From a virus (taxonomy: Duplodnaviria; Caudoviricetes), in IMG/VR virus record IMGVR_UViG_3300037183_000048, positions 1 to 46,312 of that record: a stretch of DNA of 46,312 nt. One strand, 5' to 3'. This document shows positions 32,790 to 40,731 of the stretch, piece after piece. A model generated the notes under the pieces. That model was not told the origin of the DNA, did not search any database, and saw only the letters and a list, made by a program, of their open reading frames with translations. The position numbers and the translations under genes were made by a program. How positions within the stretch are numbered: position 1 is the stretch's first letter; the number at the start of each line of letters is the position of its first letter.

Positions 32790-33595
32790 AACCATTACTC
32801 GCTTGCGAACCAAGACTTAATGGAACACGGGCTGTGAATCCCCTCGGCCTAGTCCTATCCAAACTCCAGGCAGTCAAGCAAACCGGCCGCGATACCTGGA
32901 CGCATCAAGCGCGGTGTCCAGCGCACGACGATCGGATAGCATCTCTCACTGTAGGCATGAGCGAAACAGGCTGGGTATTGCTGAAGTGTCAGGCGGGGTG
33001 CATGCGCGAGCAAGTGTTAGACGCTATTGCGCTTAGGACCGTTGACCTCGGTCCGCCGTTTGAACCACGCAAGGCAAACGTAGTCGCGACGTACGATTAC
33101 CACGACGAATCAGGCGTGCTGCTATACACGAAGCGTCGCTACGATCCAAAGGGATTCAGTATCAAGCGTCTCACTGGTGACAGGTGGGTGCTTTATCGGC
33201 TACCACGGGTTCTCTCTGCCGACGATTGGGTGTTTGTGGTCGAGGGTGAGAAGGCAGTCATCGCGCTTGAGAAGGTTGGCCTAGTCGCAACATGCTCCCC
33301 GAAGGGCGCTGGTAGTTGGGGTAACTCGTACACCGAAGGTCTCATTGGTAAGCACGTGTGTATCCTGCCCGACAACGATGACCCTGGCATCGCGCACGCG
33401 TTCAATGTCTTCCGTGCACTGGCGCCCGCAGCTGCCAGCGTGCAGGTACTCGACTTGCCTGGCCTGCCACCCAAGGGCGATGCTTACGACTACCTCGCGA
33501 ATGGCGGCACTGCGGACGAGCTTGTGAGGCTTGCGTGGGCCGCTGGGGAGCGATTGTCTCGCAAGATACTTTCGCACAGGAGGACTCCGACGTGA
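32786..33595 (+). CDS. DNA primase (Zn-binding CPAHDD plus TOPRIM)
   Basis: ARCPAHDD, LKCQAGC, YDYHD, FVVEGEK, ILPDNDDPG, KGDAYD. Confidence 0.88.
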   Translation: MKPLLACEPRLNGTRAVNPLGLVLSKLQAVKQTGRDTWTHQARCPAHDDRIASLTVGMSETGWVLLKCQAGCMREQVLDAIALRTVDLGPPFEPRKANVVATYDYHDESGVLLYTKRRYDPKGFSIKRLTGDRWVLYRLPRVLSADDWVFVVEGEKAVIALEKVGLVATCSPKGAGSWGNSYTEGLIGKHVCILPDNDDPGIAHAFNVFRALAPAAASVQVLDLPGLPPKGDAYDYLANGGTADELVRLAWAAGERLSRKILSHRRTPT

Positions 33596-33792
33596 CTAAA
33601 GCAACATTAAGCATTGCAAGGATCCAGGCCAAGCGATGGAACGCAAGGCATTGGGCTAAGTTCGAGACGTTTCTTTCATGCTACCGAAAGTTTGTCTCGC
33701 CGTTTATGAAGTACATGCTTCACCCGGCGGGATTGCCAGGCGTCAGTAGTTCCGACACTCGCAACGGTGTTGCCCGACGACGATCGCGATAG
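33592..33792 (+). CDS. Hypothetical protein
   Basis: GTGA overlap with the primase stop; RBS AGGAGG. Confidence 0.4.
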   Translation: MTKATLSIARIQAKRWNARHWAKFETFLSCYRKFVSPFMKYMLHPAGLPGVSSSDTRNGVARRRSR

Positions 33793-34060
33793 CATCTTCG
33801 ACCGATAGCAGGACATGTATTTCGCCGCGCCATTCGTCGCGAAACTTCACCTGAGATTCGCGCAATTTGCGAGCCCATTTGGGTTTCTTGCCGTCTTTTA
33901 TCTCGCAAGCGATCGTCCGCGTTCTAGATAACGCAACGAAAAGGTCGGGCTTTCCATTGCCGGCATCGCTGTTGATGCAAACGCTACAGCCAGCGTCGCG
34001 GAATGCTTCGACGATGGCGTTCTGTGGTCCGTCAATGCGTCCGTATTTCATCCGTCCCAT
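33743..34060 (-). CDS. VRR-NUC/PD-(D/E)xK nuclease (resolvase-like)
   Basis: GKPDLFV...EIKDG...LRESQ..F...W.G. Confidence 0.8.
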   Translation of the reverse strand: MGRMKYGRIDGPQNAIVEAFRDAGCSVCINSDAGNGKPDLFVALSRTRTIACEIKDGKKPKWARKLRESQVKFRDEWRGEIHVLLSVEDAIAIVVGQHRCECRNY

Positions 34061-35829
34061 CCTGGCTCGCGTTGAAGTGTCATTGCCTCTCGAATGAACT
34101 CCGCACTAGGTGCGCGGCATTGCCAATGCGGCCGGCCGTGAGCATCTGCATCGCGCTTCATCTCGCCGATCACGATACCAGCGGTCTTTGCGCTCCACTG
34201 CTTAGCCTGTAGGCCATTGGCCAGAAGGAAATGCACTTGCTTCCACGATGCCAGTCCCGCGTCCTTGCGCGCACGTAGCTTCGCTAGGATGGCCTGCGCC
34301 GCGATGCCAGACTTCGGCACCCGCGAACGCGGGAACCCAAACGCCTTGAACTGTACGTATTGCTGAATTGACACGCGGTCGAGTAGTCGAGATGCCTTGG
34401 CTTGTTGGTCGAAGTCTGAGAACTCATCGACGTTGTGCAGTTCAAACTTCACCGCCTCGGCCTTGGCGACGCGTTCCGCCTCCGCGCGCTTCTCAGACGC
34501 AAGCTCTGCCTTTGCCTTATCGATCGCCTCTTCGGGAGCAATGGGTCTCTCTTCGCTTATCTTTTTGGCCCGTGTAATGGTCTCGGCGTCAACGTCTTTG
34601 CCAGCGAGTAAGTCAATCGCGCTCACTATCCGATCGGCGTGGCGTCCGGCGTTGCCGCAAAAGTCAATAACCAGCATCTTGGGCTTTGTGCTGCGTGCAA
34701 TGCATGCCCGACGTTCCTCTGGCGTGTCGTAAACATCTACATCGGCGAGCGGTCGCATTGGGCGCCCGAGTATCTGAATGAAATGCCCGAAGCTAATAAC
34801 CACCTTGGCGATCACGACACAATGAAGGCCGGGATAGTTCCAACCCTCGGCTGTCAACTGCACATTGCAAAGGTGCTGAGTCTCATCGATCTTGAATTGC
34901 TTAAGTCGGTTCGACTTGACTCGCTTGTCCATCTTCGTGCCGTCGACAACGGTCGCCGAACCGGGTTTGATCATGTTAAGGACATCGGCCGCGAGGTGCG
35001 CGACGTGAACAGTCGGGAAGAACCACAGTGTCTTGCGGTCGCCAACCTTCGACACAACAGCATCGATGATCCCGCGCAATACTTCGTCTTGGCCAACCAT
35101 CTTCGCGACAGCTTTGTCGTTATCGAGATCCTGCTTGCGGAAGTTGGCTACGTCGTATCCCTTGACGCGCGCTGTGTACGTCTCAACTGGCACAAGGTAG
35201 CCGTCCTTGATGCCTTCGTTGAAGGTGTATTCAAGAGCTACCGATTCACAGATGGAGCTGAGACTCTTGCCGTCGTGGCGGTATGGAGTCGCGTCCAATA
35301 ATAATCGCTTCGCACCGGGGAACGCCTCGATGACCTTGCGATTGGCATCGGCGACATAGTGCCTGGCTTCGTCGATGACGATCAGCGTGGGCGCACGCAG
35401 CGCCAGCGTACGCAGGCGGATCTCTTGGTAGAGAGTGCAGACCGAGGCGACGCACACGCGTTCATCGGCCCAACGTAGCGGACCCTGCTCGCGACCAACG
35501 GGCTCTCCTAGGTAGCCGACAAGGTCAGAGCGCGCCTGTTCGACCAATGTGTCAAGGTGGGCAAGCCAGAGCACCTCGCCTCGATTGTCAGCGAGCCACT
35601 GGGCAATGATGCCCTTGCCTGCGACAAGCGTCTTGCCGGTCCCCGTGGCCATCGCCAGTAACGCGGATTGCTTACCGTCGACATCCCAGCGCGCGAACGT
35701 GTTTGCCTTCGCCTCTAGCTGGAACTTACGCCTAGTCCACGGCGCAACTACGGGTAGCGGGTCATCATCCCACCAACGTATACGCTGCTGTTGTTTCACT
35801 TCTTTGTGAGTATGAGGTTTCGAAACCAC
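34048..35829 (-). CDS. Superfamily 2 helicase
   Basis: MATGTGKT, IDEARH, ATPYRHD, LTAEGWN, QILGRPMR, IDFCGN. Confidence 0.9.
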   Translation of the reverse strand: MVSKPHTHKEVKQQQRIRWWDDDPLPVVAPWTRRKFQLEAKANTFARWDVDGKQSALLAMATGTGKTLVAGKGIIAQWLADNRGEVLWLAHLDTLVEQARSDLVGYLGEPVGREQGPLRWADERVCVASVCTLYQEIRLRTLALRAPTLIVIDEARHYVADANRKVIEAFPGAKRLLLDATPYRHDGKSLSSICESVALEYTFNEGIKDGYLVPVETYTARVKGYDVANFRKQDLDNDKAVAKMVGQDEVLRGIIDAVVSKVGDRKTLWFFPTVHVAHLAADVLNMIKPGSATVVDGTKMDKRVKSNRLKQFKIDETQHLCNVQLTAEGWNYPGLHCVVIAKVVISFGHFIQILGRPMRPLADVDVYDTPEERRACIARSTKPKMLVIDFCGNAGRHADRIVSAIDLLAGKDVDAETITRAKKISEERPIAPEEAIDKAKAELASEKRAEAERVAKAEAVKFELHNVDEFSDFDQQAKASRLLDRVSIQQYVQFKAFGFPRSRVPKSGIAAQAILAKLRARKDAGLASWKQVHFLLANGLQAKQWSAKTAGIVIGEMKRDADAHGRPHWQCRAPSAEFIREAMTLQREPGWDG

Positions 35830-36074
35830 ATGTTCCCAGGTGCATCGTAACAGGCAGCAAACTCCATCAAGTGTCGATTGATTTGCTTGAACATTTTACC
35901 GCAATGCTGGCATTTGTGCCAAGTGTCGCCGCATGAAGCGCAGGTGAATCCGAACGCGCCAACGGGGGTCATCTCGGTCCCGCACGTCTTCGTGGTAGCG
36001 GGTTCCAGCAAGTTGGCCTGACGCTTATCGGTCTTCTTGTGTTTGCGTTCGCAAATCATTGTTTCCACCGCCAT
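35796..36074 (-). CDS. Zn-finger hypothetical protein
   Basis: CASCG...CQHCGKMF...H. Confidence 0.55.
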   Translation of the reverse strand: MAVETMICERKHKKTDKRQANLLEPATTKTCGTEMTPVGAFGFTCASCGDTWHKCQHCGKMFKQINRHLMEFAACYDAPGNMWFRNLILTKK

Positions 36075-36523
36075 GGTTCGAAGCCACCTGCGCCCTTAAA
36101 GTAGTGGCACAGCATCATGTCCTTTGGATACGGCGTAGCGTGACCAATGAACTGAAGCCGAGGGTTGAGCAGGTACGTGCGAGCGTACGGGAACACGTAG
36201 TCGCAAGCCCAGTTGGACGACGACAGCGGAACCAAGAATAGGATGTCGCAGCCAAGCAATGATTCCATGCTGCACTTGCGCGCCCAGGTCCCAATGTGCG
36301 CGAACGGCGGATTGAGCCACAGTAGGTCACTGCGTGGCCAGTCGACCGCAAGCGAATCCTCGGCTAAAGATGATCCTGGGCCGAAATAATCAGGTGCCAC
36401 ACGATTTCCCGAAGTAGCCGCCAGGTCGAACGTAAGTAGCCCGAACCGCTTTTCTACCGCCGTAAGGAAATCCATCGGCGTCTGCACCGTCTGCTCACTG
36501 CGTCCTGGCTTCTGTTCGGGCAT
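36056..36523 (-). CDS. Phage DNA N6-adenine methyltransferase (Dam-like family)
   Basis: QTP..F, FDLAA, DSLAVDW, WLNPPF, RLQF. Confidence 0.85.
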   Translation of the reverse strand: MPEQKPGRSEQTVQTPMDFLTAVEKRFGLLTFDLAATSGNRVAPDYFGPGSSLAEDSLAVDWPRSDLLWLNPPFAHIGTWARKCSMESLLGCDILFLVPLSSSNWACDYVFPYARTYLLNPRLQFIGHATPYPKDMMLCHYFKGAGGFEPWRWKQ

Positions 36524-36525
36524 CT

Positions 36526-36621
36526 TCACGGCCCGCACCACACGCTGAGCAGTGTAACGATAACAGCGCACCCAATGAATTCCAATGCCACGCGAAACAT
36601 CAATTGCTGCCGATGATTCAT
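36526..36621 (-). CDS. Single-TM micropeptide (31 aa)
   Basis: ATGA-coupled, hydrophobic core. Confidence 0.4.
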   Translation of the reverse strand: MNHRQQLMFRVALEFIGCAVIVTLLSVWCGP

Positions 36622-36710
36622 CGGTTCCTCCAAAGGTCAATGGCTGAGATGATGACGCCGATTACAAGCGCCGAGGCAATTACGAGTGTGCCGAATTCAG
36701 GGGTTGTCAT
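36618..36710 (-). CDS. Single-TM micropeptide (30 aa)
   Basis: MTTPEFGTLVIASALVIGVIISAIDLWRNR. Confidence 0.45.
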   Translation of the reverse strand: MTTPEFGTLVIASALVIGVIISAIDLWRNR

Positions 36711-36945
36711 CGGTCTTCTTCTTCTTTCTGCCGTTAACCAGCGTCCACACCGACGAATGGTCACGCTTCAGCAGGTGACCTATCTCGGGGTAGGACATCT
36801 TCAGCTCATTGCGAAGCCTGGTTGCGACTGCGCGCCTGGCCATTACGATGGACTTCCACTTGTTCCGCTTGGCATCGCTGAGCAGACGCTTCGGCGTGAT
36901 GCCGAATGAGTAGCAGGTGTCGAAGACTATTTCGGCTGGTGTCAT
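36697..36945 (-). CDS. DnaA C-terminal-like HTH protein
   Basis: ARRAV...LKMSYPEIGHLLKRDHSSV. Confidence 0.85.
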   Translation of the reverse strand: MTPAEIVFDTCYSFGITPKRLLSDAKRNKWKSIVMARRAVATRLRNELKMSYPEIGHLLKRDHSSVWTLVNGRKKKKTDDNP

Positions 36946-37080
36946 TTGTCCTCGAATAATGCCCCAGGTTATATTCAGGCTGAGGCGCCCCTAGTCGTTT
37001 TGTCCCCATGGCTTCCGACTGCCACGTCCGCTTGTGTCGGCGCCGTGGTTCATTAACCCACGGAATGACCGGGTGCGAAT

Positions 37081-37536
37081 CTAAACTCGCGCTTCGATGT
37101 CCCTCGGCTTCGCGAACATCACGCGCCCATCGGTCGTGCACGAAACGACATGGAGAACGTCGTCATAGAACCCATACACCATCGTGTGCAGCTCGATTTC
37201 GGTGTACTTGCCAGCGTACTTCGTGGTCTTTTCGTCCTTGATCTTGATGGCGTCGCCTTCCTTGAAGCCGTTCGCGCCCTTGGCTTTCACGGGGGGCACG
37301 AAGCCGTCGGCCTTGAGCGTCTCGACCTCACTGAGAGCGAGCATTGCATTGTTACTCAGGTCTTCGAAGTTCGACCCCAGAGCTTGAGTATCCCTCAGGT
37401 CCAGCGATGCAATCCTATCGGCAAGATCCTTCGCCTTCGTGAACACCTCGATCGCCTTGTCGAGCAGCGCCTTTCGCGGTCGCTTGATGCCCGTCGGTGC
37501 GGCTTCCTTCTTCTCGGTCTTCTTCTTCGTCGCCAT
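37081..37536 (-). CDS. Hypothetical protein (basic N-terminus, SH3/KOW-like C-terminus)
   Basis: RBS AAGGAG; FKEGDAIKIK. Confidence 0.7.
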   Translation of the reverse strand: MATKKKTEKKEAAPTGIKRPRKALLDKAIEVFTKAKDLADRIASLDLRDTQALGSNFEDLSNNAMLALSEVETLKADGFVPPVKAKGANGFKEGDAIKIKDEKTTKYAGKYTEIELHTMVYGFYDDVLHVVSCTTDGRVMFAKPRDIEARV

Positions 37537-37550
37537 GTCGTCTCCTTCGT

Positions 37551-37730
37551 TCAATTTCGTTTCGCTTCTGCGCGTGCCTTACGGGCCGCCTTGATCACTC
37601 GCCTCGGAAGGTCTTTGTGGGTCGCACAGACCATCCCGAAGTTGGGCGCCGATCGATTCGGGCACCGCAGAATCGGGCACTTGTACTGTGCCGTCTTCGC
37701 CTTACTCAGTCGTTTGTATTTCCTGGCCAT
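37551..37730 (-). CDS. Small basic CCCH Zn-finger protein (59 aa, not in ORF track)
   Basis: RBS AGGAGG; CPILRCPNRSAPNFGMVCATHKDLP. Confidence 0.75.
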   Translation of the reverse strand: MARKYKRLSKAKTAQYKCPILRCPNRSAPNFGMVCATHKDLPRRVIKAARKARAEAKRN

Positions 37731-37751
37731 TGGGTCCTCCTGTGGAACCGG

Positions 37752-37779
37752 ATTCTAATCAAATGCAATGCAATGTCAA
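37752..37779 (-). promoter_or_regulatory. Sigma70 promoter TTGACA-N16-TAGAAT
   Basis: Seen directly upstream of the RBS and ATG at 37730. Confidence 0.7.
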
Positions 37780-37783
37780 ATGA

Positions 37784-37990
37784 CTATTTTCCGAATACCA
37801 AGTCTCGCATAGTCTCCGACGGGATTTCCGCCGTCAACTCCTCTTCGGGATCGCAGACATCGCAGACAGCCACGCCGAGGATATCGTGAGTGGCCCGCTC
37901 GCCACACGTCTCGCACCAGGCGGTGTCGTCACGTCGAAGATCGTCGTGAACCGGGCAGAACAAACCAACGTCGCATTCGCAAATGGTCAT
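37784..37990 (-). CDS. Small Cys-rich protein
   Basis: CEC....CPVH, CETCG, CDVC; ATGA-coupled. Confidence 0.55.
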   Translation of the reverse strand: MTICECDVGLFCPVHDDLRRDDTAWCETCGERATHDILGVAVCDVCDPEEELTAEIPSETMRDLVFGK

Positions 37991-38265
37991 GGTGTCACCT
38001 CGAAAACATGGAAGACCAAACCGCCGTCAAACTTCATGAACGTACCAACGTACACTGGATCGTACACTGGACATTCAGAGTAGATGTCGACGCCAGTTGG
38101 CACGACTCTGAATGTCCTGTCCATCTTATCGGCGCTCGGATCTAGGAGCACCCACATCCTCGGAGAGCCGTATTGCATTTCGATGGTCAACGGCTCAGCG
38201 TCAAATGGAATGCGAATCGAGAACTCACCACCGATCGGAACGTCAAACTTATGTACTCTCAGCAT
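37987..38265 (-). CDS. Conserved phage hypothetical protein
   Basis: VHKF...IP..A.PL....Q.G.P.MWVLLDP...YVGTF......VFHVFE. Confidence 0.75.
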   Translation of the reverse strand: MLRVHKFDVPIGGEFSIRIPFDAEPLTIEMQYGSPRMWVLLDPSADKMDRTFRVVPTGVDIYSECPVYDPVYVGTFMKFDGGLVFHVFEVTP

Positions 38266-38289
38266 GGCATCCTCTCTCTTTCATTCACG

Positions 38290-38318
38290 ACTCTAGTGCG
38301 TGCCGGTATGCGTGTCAA
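38290..38318 (-). promoter_or_regulatory. Sigma70 promoter TTGACA-N17-TAGAGT with operator in the spacer
   Basis: Shares an exact 19-mer with the promoter at 31023. Confidence 0.8.
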
Positions 38319-38326
38319 CATTTATC

Positions 38327-38355
38327 TTGCGTGCAGGTTCGTTTTATTGTACTGT
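38327..38355 (+). promoter_or_regulatory. Sigma70-like promoter TTGCGT-N17-TACTGT (probably leaderless)
   Basis: ATG 8 nt downstream with no SD; operator copy overlaps the -35 and spacer. Confidence 0.6.
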
Positions 38356-38363
38356 CTCGACTT

Positions 38364-38576
38364 ATGGAGATTTCCAAGAAGCTTCGAGCGCAGGTAATGA
38401 GTGAACTGGCTGCATCTGGCGGTCGCGCCAGGGCTGCATCAATGACCCCAGCTGAGCTAAGTGCATCGTCGGCAGTCGCGGCGAAGGCTTCGTGGTCACG
38501 GCTCTCCAAAGAGGAAAGAAGTGAACGGGTCAAGAGATCGTGGAGAACCAGGCGATCAAAGGTGACTGAAAAATAG
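38364..38576 (+). CDS. Small basic GG(K/R)ARA-motif protein, candidate regulator
   Basis: 70 aa, GGRARAASMTPAELSASSAVAAKASW; flanked by operator-bearing promoters. Confidence 0.7.
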   Translation: MEISKKLRAQVMSELAASGGRARAASMTPAELSASSAVAAKASWSRLSKEERSERVKRSWRTRRSKVTEK

Positions 38577-38579
38577 TTC

Positions 38580-38608
38580 TTGCGTTCCTGTTCGCTTCAT
38601 CTTAGAGT
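38580..38608 (+). promoter_or_regulatory. Sigma70-like promoter TTGCGT-N17-TAGAGT
   Basis: Upstream of RBS AAGGAG and ATG 38643; contains an operator variant. Confidence 0.65.
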
Positions 38609-38642
38609 GGTCTTCTTGGGTAGGAAAACAAAAGGAGACGAC

Positions 38643-38942
38643 ATGAAAACCGAAATCACAATTGACGGTCAGAAGTTTGTAGCAGCACTGCCGAATGGAA
38701 ATCGCCACGTGGTGGTGGTCGACAGAGGATGGATCTTTGCTGGCGATGTCACTGATAAGGACGGCCGCATTTACATCGATCGGGCTGTGTGGGTATTTGG
38801 CTGGCAGTCGGTAGGCTTTGCCGCCGTTGTAGCGGACCCGAGGAAATCAAAAGCGGACATTCGCCCACTGACGACGCGAGTGGATCTGCCGGCCGATGCG
38901 GAGTTGTTCCGCCTGCCCGTTGCTGCTGACTGGGGCCTATAA
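38643..38942 (+). CDS. Conserved phage protein (VVVDRGWIFAG; DUF6948-like)
   Basis: Motif typical of the gene preceding GYGDG-repeat genes. Confidence 0.75.
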   Translation: MKTEITIDGQKFVAALPNGNRHVVVVDRGWIFAGDVTDKDGRIYIDRAVWVFGWQSVGFAAVVADPRKSKADIRPLTTRVDLPADAELFRLPVAADWGL

Positions 38943-39193
38943 TGCTGCCTGTCGGCGACGGCGTCGGCTACGGCGACGGCAACGGCTACGGCTACGGCTA
39001 CGGCGTCGGCTACGGCGACGGCAACGGCTACGGCTACGGCAACGGCGACGGCTACGGCTACGGCGTCGGCTACGGCGACGGCAACGGCAACGGCTACGGC
39101 TACGGCAACGGCAACGGCGACGGCTACGGCTACGGCTACGGCAATCGGCGCGGCGGCACGATCGTATCTAATAGGCGCAGGAATCGGACATGA
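38942..39193 (+). CDS. Gly-X repeat protein (GYGDGNG)
   Basis: TAATG start and ATGA end coupling; GGC alternating with TAC/GAC/AAC/GTC. Confidence 0.7.
   Translation: MLPVGDGVGYGDGNGYGYGYGVGYGDGNGYGYGNGDGYGYGVGYGDGNGNGYGYGNGNGDGYGYGYGNRRGGTIVSNRRRNRT
38951..39145 (+). repeat. (GGC-NNC)n hexamer repeat tract
   Basis: Seen directly. Confidence 0.9.
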
Positions 39194-40731
39194 GCAAAGA
39201 AAACGTCGTCCTAGTTGACCTGTCGTCCTTGTACTATGGGGCTTGGCACGCATCGGCGAATGAGGACATCTCATCAGCGCGTCTGGCTACCATCGATGCC
39301 GTCAATAGGTGCATGAGCGGGAACTACGGCCAGCTTCTGGCTGTTTGCTGCGACCTTGGGCGTTCGTTCCGCAAGGACATCGCGCCGGAGTACAAGGCTA
39401 CGCGAGAAGAGAAACCCGCCTCATTGCTAGAGGAGCTGCGGAAGACCAAACAGGCCCTTCGCGACGCCGGCTATCTACTGTGGGAAGCCGATGGATTCGA
39501 GGCCGATGACGTGATTGCGACTGCGTGTGAGGCGGCGACTGCCGAAGGCCACACCATCACGATCGCATCGGCGGACAAGGACCTTTTACAGATGGTTTGC
39601 CCGACGGTGAATGCGCTTCGTACGCATATGCAGCCGTGGAAGGTTGTCGGCGTTCCTGAAGTGGTCGAGAAGTTCTCGGTGCAGCCGTTCCAGTTGGGGG
39701 ACTTCCTGGCATTGGTCGGCGACAAGAGCGACAACATCAAGGGCGCGGATGGTATTGGACCTAAGACAGCCGCCGAGTTGCTCAATAAGTACTACAGCAT
39801 TAAGAGCATCTACGAAGCGCTGGACAAAGACCCGTGGGCGGTGCTGCCTAACAAGAACCAGAAGCCAGGCACAATGAGCAAGGCGGCTGAGTCTCTGCTC
39901 AAGTGCCGCGACGATGTGTATCTTGCGCGTACGTTGGTTCAGTTGCGGTACGATGCCCCGATTGATTTCAAACAAATCTACGAACCACGAAAGGCGGTCG
40001 AAGTGAACGAAGATGGAGATAGTGATTTCGAGGATGAGGCGCCGATTTCGGTGCCTGGTCCGTCTACAGGGCGTAACGCCAACGAGACTCTTGTTGGCGC
40101 GGCGTCGGCCAATGTTGTAACCGCCAACCAGGTTGCCACCAACGGTCAGGCAATGGCCGCTGGGATGGCGTTAGCTGGTATCCAGTCGACGAAGGCCGTC
40201 GAGGGCCTGGGCTCATTTCAGCGCAACGGTTCATTCGAGCACGGCCTTGAACCTCAGTCACTTCGTGATGCCTTCGCGCTGGCAGAACGGTTGTTCAAGT
40301 CGCGTATGTACCCGCGATTCGGTTCGGCAGAGGCTATCCTGGCGTCGATGATTCGCGGGCGTGAGGTGGGGTTGCCGTCGCTGATTGCCCTGGACACATA
40401 CGCTCCTGTCGACGGGAAGCTTTCACCTGCGGCATTGTTCCTGATCTCAAGGGTGGAAGCGGACCCGAATTGTGAATACTTTCGCTGTTCCGAAACGACA
40501 CCAACAAGTGCCACCTACGTGACGAAGCATCGCAAGGCTCCAGCCGAGCAGTCATTGACGTACACGCTCAAGGAGGCCGAGTTGGCTGGTCTCGTCAAGC
40601 CCAAGGGGGCGTGGGAAAAGTACCCGGCATCAATGTGCCGCAAGATGGCTGGCGTGTTCCTTGGACGTATGGTGTATCCAGGCACGGCGTTGCTCGGTGG
40701 CTATTCCAACGAAGAACTGGGGGCGGAGTAA
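39190..40731 (+). CDS. Fusion of a PolI/FEN-type 5'-3' exonuclease and a RecT-like single-strand annealing domain
   Basis: N-part: LVD, SFRKDIAPEYKATR, GFEADDVIAT, SADKDLLQ, LVGDKSDNIKGADGIGPKTA. C-part: GREVGL, VDGK, EAELAGL...WEKYPASMCRKMA...VYP...GGYSNEEL. Confidence 0.8.
   Translation: MSKENVVLVDLSSLYYGAWHASANEDISSARLATIDAVNRCMSGNYGQLLAVCCDLGRSFRKDIAPEYKATREEKPASLLEELRKTKQALRDAGYLLWEADGFEADDVIATACEAATAEGHTITIASADKDLLQMVCPTVNALRTHMQPWKVVGVPEVVEKFSVQPFQLGDFLALVGDKSDNIKGADGIGPKTAAELLNKYYSIKSIYEALDKDPWAVLPNKNQKPGTMSKAAESLLKCRDDVYLARTLVQLRYDAPIDFKQIYEPRKAVEVNEDGDSDFEDEAPISVPGPSTGRNANETLVGAASANVVTANQVATNGQAMAAGMALAGIQSTKAVEGLGSFQRNGSFEHGLEPQSLRDAFALAERLFKSRMYPRFGSAEAILASMIRGREVGLPSLIALDTYAPVDGKLSPAALFLISRVEADPNCEYFRCSETTPTSATYVTKHRKAPAEQSLTYTLKEAELAGLVKPKGAWEKYPASMCRKMAGVFLGRMVYPGTALLGGYSNEELGAE

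Noticed and set aside
37040-37066. Pistol ribozyme-like CGUGG...CCACG stem
   Set aside because: Lacks the following conserved UAAAU segment and the other stems.
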